Shown: positions 25,566 through 39,415, counted from the whole stretch's first letter. The stretch: 63,179 nt of DNA, filler included, from Lenisia limosa (GCA_001655205.1; 17 parts of 17 records of this genome joined end to end with filler, not necessarily neighbours in it), one strand, 5' to 3'. A program made the numbers and translations. The notes: generated from the letters alone by a model not told the origin.

Positions 25566-25963
25566 GGTCTTTTGTGCTATTGATCATAGAGCGATGTAGC
25601 TGTGAAAGCTGAGCGCTGACTTCATTGGCGGATGGGGGGTTTTCTAAAAGGTTACTGGGCGTCGTTTCAGTCCTGAAAAATTTTCGACAAAAAATCAACG
25701 ATAAACTTCATGATATNNNNNNNNNNNNNNNNNNNNNNNNNNNNNNNNNNNNNNNNNNNNTTAATTAATTAANNNNNNNNNNNNNNNNNNNNNNNNNNNN
25801 NNNNNNNNNNNNNNNNTACCTGAATTGACCTTCTTGGACGTCAGTGGAGGCAGCCAGGCTCTTGCAGTAGCATCTGGATCAGCTGTGGCTGTTCTCTGTC
25901 AAATGTACCCTACTAAAGAGTAAGCTGTGTGGTTTTTTTTTTATAAGAAAGGCGGTTTTATCT

Positions 25964-27556
25964 TTGTCTATAGAGGATGGTTTTACTAATCAACACAGTC
26001 TTCAAGTGGCAGAAGCATGCTGGCATCTTGAAAGTGGAAGAAGAACTACCCCCGCCTCAGCACAACCTCAGTCGTCAAAGTCAACAAAAGAAACTGAAAC
26101 CGAGTTGCCCTCAATCCAAGCTCAAAAAGTGTCCAACTCCGAACAGGCAATTCAGGTTCAGCGCGGCATTGCAGCAACGGGTCCGGTTGCCTTTATTGCC
26201 GACGGTAGTCTGGTGCGCGCAATTGGCGCTGATCTTATTACGTATCATGGCCGGTCCGGGCAGACTTCAAGCAAGACTACAAGTCACAACAAACAGATCT
26301 TATGTGATCTGGATTTCTCATGTGCTGTCCTTCGAAACAACTCAATGGTTGTTCCCGGTGCTGTGGCCCCTCCAATGCCACCAGCCCTTCCGGCCTACCA
26401 TCCAAGGTTTGTTTTTTAGTGCTTCACTTTGGCGCAACCACTGTTATAATCCCCGCAAAATATTATTCATTTTCGAGTCTTCTTGCTTTTTAAACGGACT
26501 AGAGTGAATCTGCTGTGTTAGGTTATTGAGAGAATCAACATCAGCTAAGAGCTTTTTCTTTGCCACGGAATCAAACATCATTGATATATATTACCCCTCC
26601 CCTACACATATATAATATCTCTTCAACCGCTTATCCTTCAGAGACATTGTTGAATCAATTCGTTCGGGATGGGGAGGGTGGATTTCATCCATTTCTGAGT
26701 CGCTAAGTGCTGCGCTCAAGGCCCGTTTCAAAAACAAGCCTGATGATGATGACCTACCAAGGTTTGTATCAATTTTAGAAACACAGAAGTGTCAACCGAA
26801 CTCTCATTTTATTTTCTGATTTCTTTGCTTTTATAATAAAAATCTATCTTGCAGAACCTCTTTATTTCGTTATCTTTTTCTCTTTTTGGACCCTGTGGAA
26901 GTTGTATTCACCTCCCCCCCCCACCCTTCTCAGGCGCACTCCACCTCAAGCAGTTGCCCCTTTACCCGTTCCTTTGCCTCAAAGCAGCGCTTGGGAGCTA
27001 TGCTCATCAGAAACAATGGACAATTTGGTGGGTATTTGAAAATAACTGCATGTTGAAAGAACCTACAATGTGAATAAAATTAACAGAAGAAAGTAAAGTC
27101 CATTCATCGAATATTTGAGGTTTATTTATGTCCTAAAATATAGAATAATTGATATGATACGTTATTGAAGAGAACCCAAGTGCATAATATAGATTTTCGG
27201 ATTATGATAAGGTTTGTCTTTGTGTCTACTCCGAATTTTTGCATTTATTTTTCAGGTTTTCATTTCGTCACACGCGTCTGTCCCAATGGTCCTTCAAAAC
27301 ACCTCGGCTGAACAAATGGTGAGACCTAATTCCCTTCAATATACCTCAACAAGTCTCTGTTAAAGAGATTTTGAGGGCATATTTGGCCATTGTCCCATCC
27401 AGTTGTTTTACATAGTAGGTACTCGAGTCATTGGATGGTGATATGGCCCGCGAAATGTTTGATCGTGAGAACGCTCTTGACACTCTCTTTTTGAAAAAGT
27501 CTGGGGATGCGATGTGTCACTTTCGAATTACTCAACTCTTGTCAAAAGAATTTTAA
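25964..27556 (+). CDS. Multi-exon hypothetical protein, 3' part
   Basis: Long open exon to ~26409 plus exons near 26521, 26642, 26935, 27257 and 27420 with GT-AG borders, ending ...HFRITQLLSKEF*. No domain recognised. Confidence 0.5.
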
Positions 27557-29202
27557 TTTAGTCTTATTAGAATACTATATACTATCAAGTATATAGTTAA
27601 AACCGCGAACATGATTAAAACTGCGAACAAAAAGGAGGCTTTTCTTTCAATTTTTGAGTCAATACGCTCCTTTTTACGCCTCTTTCGCATTTTTTGCAAA
27701 TTATCGCCCGAAACACTCCTTTACCCAGGGTTTTATTCAGAAGAATAGGCAGGGGTATCAACATACATGCAAAATACCACCATGGTACTTCAATTTTTCA
27801 TGCGAAATACATTAAAAACACTGATTATGGGCCTAGAATTGTCCCTGCGATAAAGTGAAGACGTTCTTGCACCATCAGATTTGATTTTTTCCACTCTTGA
27901 GTAACCTAGAGACATTTAAGTAGAGAATACGAGACAAATAGGGCAAAAATGAGCGTAAATTTCCCATAAATGGGCGAAAATATGATAGAAGATGTTAATA
28001 AATCNNNNNNNNNNNNNNNNNNNNNNNNNNNNNNNNNNNNNNNNNNNNTTAATTAATTAANNNNNNNNNNNNNNNNNNNNNNNNNNNNNNNNNNNNNNNN
28101 NNNNTTTGTTATTGTACCTACCTCCATATGATAATGCTCCTGTTCCCAAAACGGAATCTCTATATAGGACCATTTTAACCGCCCCCAGAGTCGCCACATG
28201 TCCTTGGTCAATATCATCAAGGAAAAGCCGTTGATTGTCGCACTGAACGGTCATAAGGTTGGAGTGGGATTTTAACTTGGGTGCAGACTTGATTTACGAT
28301 ATTTTCGACCTTATTTTTATTTAAATTGCTATATTATATATTTTTATTTTCTCATTTTTCTCATTTCAATATTAACAAGAGTTTCACCCAAGTAGGGCTC
28401 AGGGAAATGCACACTTCTTTCTCGAGTTGCTCAGGGTAAGTCTTGAATTCCAAAATTTGAATTTATCATCTAATATGCAGTTAAGAATGTATCAAAACAA
28501 TTGCAAAATTTAACCCATCAATAGAACTCAGAAAAGACGAGAGCGTTACCGTATCTATGGTGGACCCCTTTTCATCTCCTGCGGCAAGGAAGCTGCACCG
28601 TGCTCTCTGTTGGTTGCATCTTTCTTGGTTTCGTGTCGATCATCTTATCTTCTCCTCTCCTTCCATTTAATTTCTCTCCTCTGTTCCAATTTTTACATCT
28701 TTATTTCTTTGTTTCTTTCTCATTCATATTTGTTGGTAAATACCGCCATGGAAGGAGGGTGTTGGTTTGCTATTTTCACGACAGTATTTCACACTTCAGC
28801 CATCGCACTTATCCAAGCCAAGAAGATTGAAGGTTCTTCACCTGTTGAGAGCTTTGCTTCTTTATTCGATAAGGTTGGCTTGTTATGTATGGTCGTATCT
28901 TTTTTGTGATATCTTTTTTTATTTTAGTTTCTCCTGGGTTTACTTTCTATAGTAAAGCCCTCTAAAAAAAAAAAAAAAAAAATCTTTTNNNNNNNNNNNN
29001 NNNNNNNNNNNNNNNNNNNNNNNNNNNNNNNNNNNNNNNNNNNNNNNNNNNNNNNNNNNNNNNAAAATATTAATTGGATTTAGTGTAGCTATAAAAAGTA
29101 TATTTGAGGGCTACAACAAGGAAACTACACATAGATTTTTATTTTCAGTCAAATGCAAAGTCCGAACCTGGCACGCCAAATAACATTTCTCATTTCCCCC
29201 CC

Positions 29203-29301
29203 CTTTTTTTCTTTCTTTTTCTTTCTTTTTCTTTCTTTTTCTTTCTTTTTCTTTCTTTTTCTTTCTTTTTCTTTTTCTTTTTCGTTCTTTTTCTTTTTCT
29301 T
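29203..29301. repeat. (CTTTT)n pentanucleotide microsatellite
   Basis: Direct reading. Confidence 0.95.
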
Positions 29302-30050
29302 TCTTGTACATATAGTGTGATATAGTAATATACGTAGTATACGTACATATGATATGTAGATAACATATTGGCCACACACAACCTTGCTTTATTGCCCATC
29401 TCTATATAAGATATCTCTGTTGCTTTTACTCTACATACTCCATATTCTCAACCGAGCCTTGATACTATTGTATGCGGAAACATGAAAGAGGATAAGAATA
29501 TAATAGTATATTTAATACGATATTAATTCACCCAACTATTTGCCTTACAGCTCTTTGTACACAGCTTTCTGTGTGCCTCCCTATCAGCTTACTTTTTAGA
29601 ATGAAGACAAGCATCATGTCATTTTTTTGACCAACTTCTCTGCTTACAAGTAAGTCGATAGATATTTTTTTTTTTGCTCAGAATTAGATCTTCGTTTTCG
29701 GATCTACAGGAGGTGTGAAATTTTGATATTTAGTTGGATAGCATTTATTTTTATATGTGTTAACACGCTAATCCTTCCGCCCATTCTTGAAATTCCCTTG
29801 TGTTTACACTAGCAGACATCGCGACGTTGCAGAGCTGTTTGACGCCTTGCCGTCTCGGCCAAATAACCACGTCACATTGGTGGTGTCAGTTTCAGATAAG
29901 TATGGGGGGGCAGTTTCATTTTTTTTCATAAATTTTCCAATTTCACCCCCNNNNNNNNNNNNNNNNNNNNNNNNNNNNNNNNNNNNNNNNNNNNTTAATT
30001 AATTAANNNNNNNNNNNNNNNNNNNNNNNNNNNNNNNNNNNNNNNNNNNN

Positions 30051-31365
30051 GCCCTCCGCTTTGCTCGTGATAACAATTTTGAAGATGGTTTGTGAGGAGA
30101 TCCACCTTTTAATTGTAATTTATGAAAATATTGCACCTAACCCCTTTTAGCAATTGAAGCTCTTTCCCAGCAACTCTCTGACTTTGAACAAACCAATATC
30201 AAGTAAGCCGAATCTCGCCTCGGCAAACCGTTTAAGGATTTGAGAACGTCAATAGAGAAGGTATTGTTGATAGAAATAATCTTATTTGTGAATTTTAACT
30301 CATGAAGGATATCAAAGAGAGCAAGTCCGACCATACTGGGAGCCTCATCACCAGCGTTATTGAAGTCCATTCCAGCTAAGGTTTGCTGGTACTAAGGATT
30401 ATTGTTTGCTTTTATTTTGATTTATTCAATATTTTGCGGACTTTCGTTCTTTGTTTATTCTACTGTATTTAACCCATTAGGATGGGTTCTTTGCTGACGA
30501 AACTGCCTTTAGTCCCGCCTACTTTAAAGGTGTCCGAGGTGATGTAATGGCCTCAGCACTCAGTGTATCACGAATGACCGCCGAATATGTTCCTGCATCC
30601 ATCATTATTGGTGGTAGTGATCCCGTGAAAGCTGCTGAATCACGTGGTGGTGAAATGGTTTCCCCAATCTCAGTGAACATACCTCTTTGTGGAGACAAAC
30701 ATAATGATGCCATCGCAAAGTGGTACCGAGAGCACCCCGATGCCATTTCCCCCAACCTGCTGAAACATTCCCATGAAATGAAGGACTTCTGTGACGAGAA
30801 CAACTGCTTTCTTCTTGGAGTTAATAAGAGTTCCTTCTACTCAACAATGTCCGTCATTTGGCATCTGGTATTACTGGCGGACTATGTGAATGCATCTGTT
30901 GCGAGTCCAAAAATTGTCGTGATGGACGGAGCCAGAGTTCACCTTTCTGCTGAGGTAAGCATTTCATATTTTGATTGTTTTTCCAATTACCAATTCAAAG
31001 AAACTGTTCATGTACTCAGATCTAACTCATTTGTAGATGCTGAGCCTTGTTTATTACCTACTTGGTCTAATTGTTGTGATTGAGCTCGCATTCTCCTCCC
31101 ATATGCTCAGCTAAGGTTTATTCATATGTATTCATTTTCATTCAGTCACATTTTGTATTTATATTTCAGGTTGGTGAATCGTTGCCTCAGAAGTGCAATA
31201 GTGAACTTTCACAACCAAACTCTCCTCTCTGATGCCCTTTCCGTCGCATTGACACTGATAGTGAAGTTTCTATTGTGTTCTCGTCAATGCACCTCAAAAG
31301 AGCTCTTACCGGCTTCCTCCTGGATCAAAACGCAACCCTCTACTCTCATATTTCATCGGGTATAA
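30051..31365 (+). pseudogene. Degenerate, spliced DDE_1/Tc1-mariner-like transposase
   Basis: FFADETAF (30496) and IVVMDGARVHLS (30925), followed by IVVIELAFSSHML resembling the P..SH.LQPLD block. The frame breaks at ~31100 and no third Asp was found. Confidence 0.5.
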
Positions 31366-31610
31366 ATGTCATAATATGAGATGATCTATAATTAAGTGAA
31401 TAGGTTAATTAAAAATCAAATGCCACTGAACGCAAACATGCGTTATTTATGAAACGTTGGTACCCATAAATAATCATAAATATGAAAAGAAAAAAAACTG
31501 AGTCCGCAAAAACACTAAAAAAATAGTAAGCTTACATGATAAGCTGATAAAAAGAGCGCTGTTCTTCCATCCTACATGTATAACACAATAATAAAACCAA
31601 CAAAAGTTAC

Positions 31611-31802
31611 AGAATTCACATCAGCTCCATATTTAATTAAAATTTCTATTGGACCAGTCTTTTTGTTAGGTGCAGCCAAATGTAATGGTGAACATCCTTC
31701 CTTGTTTTTTGCATTTAAAGAAGCCCCATGCTTAATAAGCGCTTGTGCCACTTGAGTACGACCATCTCTTGCTGCAATATGCAATGCACTATCTTTAGTG
31801 CT
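31611..31802 (-). CDS. Ankyrin-repeat exon
   Basis: SALHIAARDGRTQVAQALIKHGASLNAKNKEGCSPLHLAAPNKKTGPIEILIKYGADVN: two canonical ANK repeats. Confidence 0.85.
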
Positions 31803-33659
31803 CTACATGGTGAAAAACTCTCCGAATGGGTGGGGCAAGTACTTCTTTATTCCAAAACTTCCACAACAAAAATACGAAGACACATAGCTATATGTATAAT
31901 ATATATACTATATACAATGCTCCAGATAAATAGCTTCACTCATTTCTTGACCTCGTTTTAGAGTCTACTACAATCATTTTAAGAAGAAAAAGTGTCAGGT
32001 TGGAGATAAGGAAATTTTTACTATTCTGCCCCTTTCATATAGTATATGAAGGTTTATATGAGGTTGAACAAGCCACGTTATTTGCAAATGCTGTTACTCT
32101 GTTTATCAGACGCCGCAAAGCGTGAAAAGTCTAAATTGAGAATGGAAGTCCAGCAAATAGGCATGGTTATATTTTTTTATCTCGCAGTTTATCTATCAAA
32201 ATATTGGAAGGTTTTCTGAAGAAGCGGTTGAAAATGTAAATGAAAAAACATCCACTACTTCAAGCATGGCAAAAACCAAAATCATTGCGCTGAGTGACCA
32301 TCGGATGTAGAAATTGATACGAAAAGTAGTTAGCCTCTCACGGACCAAGGCAGATCTGGCAGTTGAATTTGGTATGGCTAAAGTATTGAACTTTGAGGAG
32401 AGGATGGATGGATTTCTATTGGATAAAGGATGATAATTTCCAGGAATGACATCAGAAGCAACGAGTGATGTGCGATTCAAGCCTGAATCTTTCGGAAAGA
32501 TGGTGGAATTAGTGGGTGTTAGGGTATATAATTAGATTTTCATTATGTCATTAGGGAGGAATGAAATTGCTCGTGATATTAAAAAAACAAGCTATTGCCA
32601 GGAAGAACCAACCATTACTACCATCAATAGACCAGTATTAGGCAAAGATGTCTTTTACGGCGTCAATAAAGACTGTTTGTACTATTTGCTAACAAGGCAC
32701 CTAACCATGTTTACCAAGCCGGTACCCCGACGGAACTCGCCATCTCGGCTTGATGCCACACGCCTACGGTGAAATTCCAGAATCCCTCCAAAACAGCACT
32801 GTTGCCTAAAGGCCGCCTTTCAGCACCTCGGAATGCTTACTTTGCTCACAACCAATTAAAGAGGCGAGCTAACTCTCTGTGGACACGTGTATGCTAATAC
32901 TTTAATTTATCTTGTCAGCAACTGTGAATCTTGTTTTGAAGCATTTGGAAAGAAATGCAATCTTGGCCAAGTCTTTTGGAGGAAAAGTTAAAAATTGTAA
33001 TCGCAAATCAAGGTGACAGTTGGACATTTGAAATTATAATATCAAGATTGACTTTCAAATGAAAGGTTAATAATTGACAAGCAGGTTGAGATATTGACGA
33101 CTCTGAAGACATAATCAACAAGAAGACCATGATGATCTGCAGGGATTGTAAGTATTAAATCCCTTGATTGACTGTTCAGATATTTAACTTAAGCAACACG
33201 ATCGAAGCCTCTATTTATGCCTCTGAATCTTCTATAGAATCTACTATTTGATATGACATGTCATTTGCCTTTTTACACTCTAACATTTCACAGGATTATT
33301 CTAACATTTAGATATGTACGTCATTCGAAAAATATGATCAGCACATGTGTTAACACTATGTTCTCCTATCAGTGTAAATGTAATATCTCATATGAAAACC
33401 ATGTGTGACAAGTCAAACTACATACTGGGACAAATTGTCCCAAAAAAGGAAGTGAAGGGCTTTATCAGCCGCTGGGGTCTCCATGCTACTATTTTTTTTT
33501 CTTTCAGCTTTAGATTTCTATTTGATGAACAAACTTTTCTCTGTGGTCACCTCCCTCTTCTCTGCTATCTTTTATGTTTTTTAACTATAATTAAGGGGGT
33601 TGAAGAGAAAAAAACTGTTTTAGAAGTACCAACGTCCGATTGAACGCGTTACAACTACC

Positions 33660-34900
33660 GGTGGGGCGCTCGTGGTCAACCAAGCCTGTTGTAAAACTGG
33701 AAATCCCTTTCAGCGCTCAAGCTGTTGGCCCAATTCAACCTTTGAAAGACCCATATTCGGTAGGGTTGTTCACTCCTCTTACAGTTTAACTATTTAGGCA
33801 TTTACTGGTCCTGAGAAACTAATTGATAAAATCGCCGCTTGGATCACTTTATCTCCAAGTTTTACCTCTTTCCAGTTTGCGCCGTGAGGACACTGTTCTT
33901 CCCACATACACAAAATATGAAAAAGAATCTCTGGTGAAAATCAAAGATATCAGCCCCGAAGACGTGAAGAGGTGGTTGGCAATCACTATCGGCAATGGTG
34001 TGAATCCTCGTTTGGATATCCGTAATCTTTGGAACACTTCAAATTAGTCTGCATCTAGCCCCTTCCTTGCCTCCATCATGTCCAGAGATCGGTACAATTA
34101 GGTATGATTCAAATGTCAATTGGTTATTGATAACATTTTAGATTAGCAGAGTTATTCGTGATGACCATGACACAAGAAAGCCTCTCACCAAGGTGAGACT
34201 ACGTTATTATTTGTTGGTGATTGTAAGCATATTTAATATCATAGGTTGAACCGTTTCTCGAAATTCTTGTATCAGCTTGGAAATCTTTTGATCATAATTT
34301 TCCAGGTTTCTGAGCAAAATAAGCCAATCAAGGAAGGCATTCGCATTTACGCTCTGGCCTGTGAAGGTGGCTACGTCTTTGAGATTTCCCCACATCTTGG
34401 CAACGGAAACACAATCGCCTCACATGTGCTTTACATTCTTGACGCTCTGAAGGCTGAAGGTCACATCTTGGCTGCCGACAATCTGTTCACATCCCCTAAT
34501 CTTTTCGATACGTTGAGAGATGACCTGAAGGTTAACGCAATGGGAACCCTTCGAGGCAATCGAGGTGGTCCCCTCAACAAGGACGAAGCCGCCAAGACAG
34601 TCAAGGAGAAAGGTGACTCATCTGTGACTACACCGATAGTGGTCTTGTTTGGATTGCTTGGGCGGATAGCGGAACTGCTGTTTTCCTCTCCAACTTTGGT
34701 GACCAACAGACAACCTGCTTTGTCAAACAGAGAACTGAACACCACGAAAGAGTGGTAAGCTTTTTTTTCTCTGAGTGATTTCAATGTGGCTCTTGATTAA
34801 AACTAATTCACCAGGTGGTCCCTTGCCCTCTTGCCGTGCATATGTACAACAACGTCATGGGCTATGTTGACACCTCAGACGCCCTCCGTGCCGCGTTTGA
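33660..34900 (+). pseudogene. piggyBac-family transposase pseudogene with introns
   Basis: NKPIKEGIRIY, HILAADNLFTSPNLF (34477), AMGTLRGNRGGP, IAWADSGTAVFLS and MYNNVMGYVDTSD (34869). In-frame TAG at 34045-34047, frameshift near 34625, first catalytic D block not found; GT-AG introns interrupt the ORF. Confidence 0.88.
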
Positions 34901-35227
34901 GGGGGGGGGGCTGCAATAATGATGCAACAATTTTCAAATAATTTGATTTTTGAACCTGTGTAATTATTCTAACTTTTCAGGCAATCATCCCGGTTCTCTC
35001 AATAAGAAGAGAAATCCAGAAACAATAAAAAAATATGGCACTCGAACAGTCCAATTCCATAAAATAATGATGGATATAATTGTCGTATTTTTGTGATAAA
35101 TTGCTCAATTTAAAAGCGTTTTAAATACAATAGGAGCAATGTGGCTTCTGTATGTATATATACATGTATTTGAAGCATTTTGGTACACTTTTGACAGCTT
35201 TTGCTGGAACCGGTCAGGACCGGTCCG

Positions 35228-35495
35228 GACCATATATCTGTGAATTTTCCTCTATCTGTGAATTTATTTGAACTATGCGAAAAATTTTGNNNNNNNNNNN
35301 NNNNNNNNNNNNNNNNNNNNNNNNNNNNNNNNNNNNNNNNNNNNNNNNNNNNNNNNNNNNNNNNNNNNNNNNNNNNNNNNNNNNNNNNNNNNNNNNNNNN
35401 NNNNNNNNNNNNNNNNNNNNNNNNNNNNNNNNNNNNNNNNNATTCATTTGGCTTGTTTTCACAGATAGAGAAAATTCACAGATATATGGACGGTG
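35228..35495. mobile_element. Putative MITE family E (inverted repeats flanking a gap)
   Basis: CATATATCTGTGAATTTTCCTCTATCTGTGAA at 35231 and its reverse complement at 35460-35495; another copy at 56427. Confidence 0.65.
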
Positions 35496-36037
35496 AATAT
35501 ATGATGTAGTATATACTATATTGATGCTCCTAGAAGAAATACTAAAGCTGAGCCCTCCTTACAACATTATAATTAGACACAGAACACGAAGAATCTTGCA
35601 AACAAACCCAAAAACTCTTTTTTCCTCATTTCCACATGACTTTGGAAGAAACAATGGGGAAACTGCCCCCATATTGTCGTTCTCCCGCCCCTAACAACTG
35701 CATCTACCGTCTTGGAAGGAAGTTATGGATATCAAGGCCCACTTTTCCTGGTTTTAGCCAAGTATGAGTACCTTGGATATTAGCATTGAAGGTAAAATCC
35801 GCCACCAGTGTCAGTGAGGTCCCGAGGCAGTCCCGAGGTCCCAAGATTAATGCAATTTTATTTGATTATCTCGGAAAATCCTTTTGAATCACATTATTTT
35901 AAGATAGTATATATTAATACGCCCCAGGCAGTAAAAAAAGATCCTATGCAGAGGGTGTGATATGCAAATTGCGCAAAATCATTTTCCAGATCGACCTATA
36001 AGTAAAAATTGAGACTTTAAAAAAACAATTTCCTAAC

Positions 36038-36232
36038 TTTGTCTTCAATATTTGGATCTGCTCCAACTTTTAAAAGTGCATGAACGACACTCACATAACC
36101 AGACTTAACTGCTCCTACTAAACAAGGTACACCATGCAAATTGAAATAAAATAAAAAAACTGCGTTTCTTGAATTTGGGTTACCACCTTGATCTACCATA
36201 ACTTGAACCGAATCAGAATTCCTTCCACTTAC
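36038..36232 (-). CDS. Ankyrin-repeat exon(s)
   Basis: VQVMVDQGGNPNSRN and GVPCLVGAVKSGYVSVVHALLKVGADPNIEDK. Confidence 0.7.
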
Positions 36233-37392
36233 ACATTTGGCATAAAATGATGGCTTTGAATAAAAAAGAGAAAAATTACTTCAGACAACATTCTCTCTTG
36301 AAATCTTACAACTTGCCGTACGTGACAGGAAGCAACTGGGAACTTGAACTTTGATTGAACTTTTGAACTTCAATGCATCAATAATCTGGGGGTGTATACA
36401 ACCCAGGAAACAGAAGTACCCGATTTGCATAACGGGAGTCCTTGCGCATTCTTTCCACAATTCGGAAAGCTATCCAAATTGAGCTTCCAATTTAAAGGAA
36501 CATTTTATATGCCCAAGCAATTAATTTTGTTAGGAATGGACCTTGTGTTATTTGCGATAGGGGCTGTAACCAACTGGCTTCCAAAGAAGCTAAGGCAAGC
36601 CACCTTTGCAAATTTCTGCATCTAATGGTTGGAGAATTCACAATAACCCCTGAAATCATTTTTAAGTTCCTGACGACTTGTTGTTATCTTTGTAATAATT
36701 ACAAGCGCGACACTTCTCGCAAATGCGAAGGTTTGTCTTGACATTCCAATAGAGCGACTAATTTATCCTATAGCTTTTCCTTCAGTCAAAGACTTGGGCG
36801 GAGATATGGCCGCAATTGCCAGGGCTGTCAAAAACCAATTAAGTGTGCCTCAGAATCTAGAATATTTTGGTAGCCAACCCAGTAACTGGCTCGGATAAAT
36901 CACAAAGATAACTGAAAGAGACCCGAGTGATTTGTGTTTGGTTTTATTAAAGCAATTTTTATTTTTTCTAAGAGAAATGTTGATTACACTTTTCGTTAAT
37001 TGTGAGGGAAAAGTAGTAAATAATGACGTCACCGTTCGGATATCTGTGACCATTTTCTGGGTTGGAACCNNNNNNNNNNTTGTTATTAAGGTGATGTTAT
37101 TTGAGATGACTTGTTTTAATAATTCTGGGTCTGTAGACTTCTCTTTTAATAATTGTTAACATTTTAAATTGGCAACATTATGAAGACCCTACATATTTAC
37201 CATATGTGTCCGTTCAATGCTGATTTTTCACTGATTCTGGTTTTTTGTATTGTCTCTTTTATGTTTTGAATTAGAGTATTTTTTGTTATTATTATCAAGT
37301 ATATTTTGTAAGAATCCCTATTGATCAACAAATAGGCAAAACCAAAATTAGCGAAAACCAGAATTTTGAACGGCCGCATATGCAATATTCTA

Positions 37393-37475
37393 GAGTGATA
37401 GGATAAAAATTGGTCTTGACTGATTTGCAATCTAATTTTCCAAGGAAAATCAGTCAAGACTTATCTTGGTCACTG
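37393..37475. mobile_element. MITE-B
   Basis: TTTCCAAGGAAAATCAGTCAAGACTTATCTTGGTCACTG + TA. Confidence 0.8.
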
Positions 37476-38453
37476 TATAGTATTTGTTATTTTGCCATGT
37501 TTACAATATTTAATTCTACAGCCTTTCTTCATTTGCCATCTGGCGTACTTGGCTGTGTCTGTGAGGCAGCCCTGAGCGTTGGCATCACCCGCAGCTTGGT
37601 TGTTGCCACCTACACCGAGACAACTTGTGAGCCTGATAGTGCGTTTGGACTCAGCCTTTCCTCTCTCAGGTGGAAAACTTGTGGCACCATGCATGGGTCT
37701 CTGCCAACCACGGAAATATGTTTCCTGGAGCAAGACCCACAATCGAGGTTGACATGAGATATTGCCACCCTCTGATGAGAAACCAGCACGGTCGTCTGCA
37801 TGCGACAATTCTGCATTACCTGGCTCACTGCAGTGTAGTAACTGTTCTACTGCACAAAAGTCTTTTTTTAAAGATGAAGTGCTCAGTTATTCCGTCATCT
37901 TTGCCAAACCAATCTGAGCCCCCTCAACAACCACAAGTCTTCAACTTTGCTTCATTGGCCAAGTTCAGCCGCAGAAGCACAGCNNNNNNNNNNAGAATAC
38001 ACCCGTGCGATGTCATCAATTTATATAACAAATACACTATCAATGCGGAAATTGAGCTGTCAACCGAGGAACAGCTAAAGGACGTCAATGGATTACAGGT
38101 TTGCTTGGTTTCTTGCATGTTTTGTTGAACTTATAGCTCTTGTTCTTAAGTGCATGATGTATTTTACATAGTATATGCCTGGACGGGTAAACCCGATAAA
38201 ACCCGATAATTTTTTTTCCATCCCAAATGTCTAAATTTTTTTTAATTATTCTTCTTTTTCTTTTAATCTCTTATCCTTATTTTAGACAAACCTTCACTAA
38301 AACGTATTTTTTGGTAATAAGAAAAAGTAAATACTGTAGCTCATATGACAAACAAGTTTTTCGAGAAAATTAACACATCAAAACATGAAAAATATGATTG
38401 ATAATGAAAACACAGCTTAAATTCAATTGAAAATTCAAAAATGCATAAGCACA

Positions 38454-39238
38454 TTATTTCTTCCTGGGCTTCTTTTTCGGGGCAGTGGCCTTCTGCTGAG
38501 AGTCGAGCTTCTTGGCTTCTGCGATGCGACGTTTCATATTGGCAGTGAGCTGCTTGGTGCCATCAAAACTCTCAAAGATCTCCTAATACAGGTTATTTCA
38601 AGATAATGAAAATCAAAATTCAAAGAAGACCTACTTTAGGACCACACATCAGGCCATGGGATGAGTTAATGCGCTGATTCCGAAGAACAGACTCCTTGAT
38701 GTCAGGTTTATTAGCGATAAGTTCTCCTGGCTTGAGGGCAACCACATTTTTACCCAAAGTAAATGAGAACAAAAATGACATCTGAATAAACAATAAAAAT
38801 ATAGGGCAAACCTTCTTCACAGCGATGACATTGTATGAAGGCAGTTCTTCAAGGATTGGTCCGACAGACACAGACTGAAGACACGCATGGGAGACCATAG
38901 TGGCAGTTGAGGCAAGTGTCTCAGAATGCGACAATGTTGCTACCTTAAAACACCTCAAAACGTCAGTCGAAAGTTCAGGGTGTCTGTAAAGGAAGGTGGA
39001 AGATGCTGCTGCAGCTCCAAGAAGGAAAGCCTTTTCCGATTCACTGAGATTCATATCTGGCATTGAAATGCTGTTATTTACTCGTTGAGTTGCTGCAGAG
39101 GCTACTTCTCTTGTGAAGTTATCAATAACAGGCTTCTCTCTGTTGGTGGTTCTGAACGTATACTGTTCAGTTGGACTAGTTTTGGTCGAGAAAGTAGGGA
39201 ACGGTGGTGACGATTTGTTGAGGAACGGTGCAAGAAGG
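38454..39238 (-). CDS. Hypothetical protein, 3' exons with a basic C-terminal tail (possible NLS)
   Basis: Open exons ending ...RNQRINSSHGLMCGPK | EIFESFDGTKQLTANMKRRIAEAKKLDSQQKATAPKKKPRKK*. Confidence 0.55.
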
Positions 39239-39338
39239 NNNNNNNNNNNNNNNNNNNNNNNNNNNNNNNNNNNNNNNNNNNNTTAATTAATTAANNNNNN
39301 NNNNNNNNNNNNNNNNNNNNNNNNNNNNNNNNNNNNNN

Positions 39339-39415
39339 AAGCCCAGGCAAGTCGCTTCTGCAGCATCCCATCACTCCAGCGTACGTAAAACGAAGACATT
39401 TCGATGAAGAATAGT
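39339..39415 (-). repeat. Repeat family C, 5' portion, reverse orientation
   Basis: AAGCCCAGGCAAGTCGCTTCTGCAGCA ... ACATTTCGATGAAGAAT. Confidence 0.7.

Noticed and set aside
30137-30370. Minus-strand 77-aa ORF
   Set aside because: It overlaps plus-strand GT-AG exons leading into the ADET motif and is more likely antisense shadow.
24554-34047. Non-standard genetic code (TAG/TGA read-through) suggested by stops in transposases
   Set aside because: Host genes (TreS, SRP54, THADA, CCCH) have no in-frame stops in the exons read and end at TAA/TAG; the stops are confined to decaying TE genes.
38454-39238. C-terminus of a DDE_1 transposase
   Set aside because: Only a vague resemblance in the basic tail; no catalytic motifs are visible.
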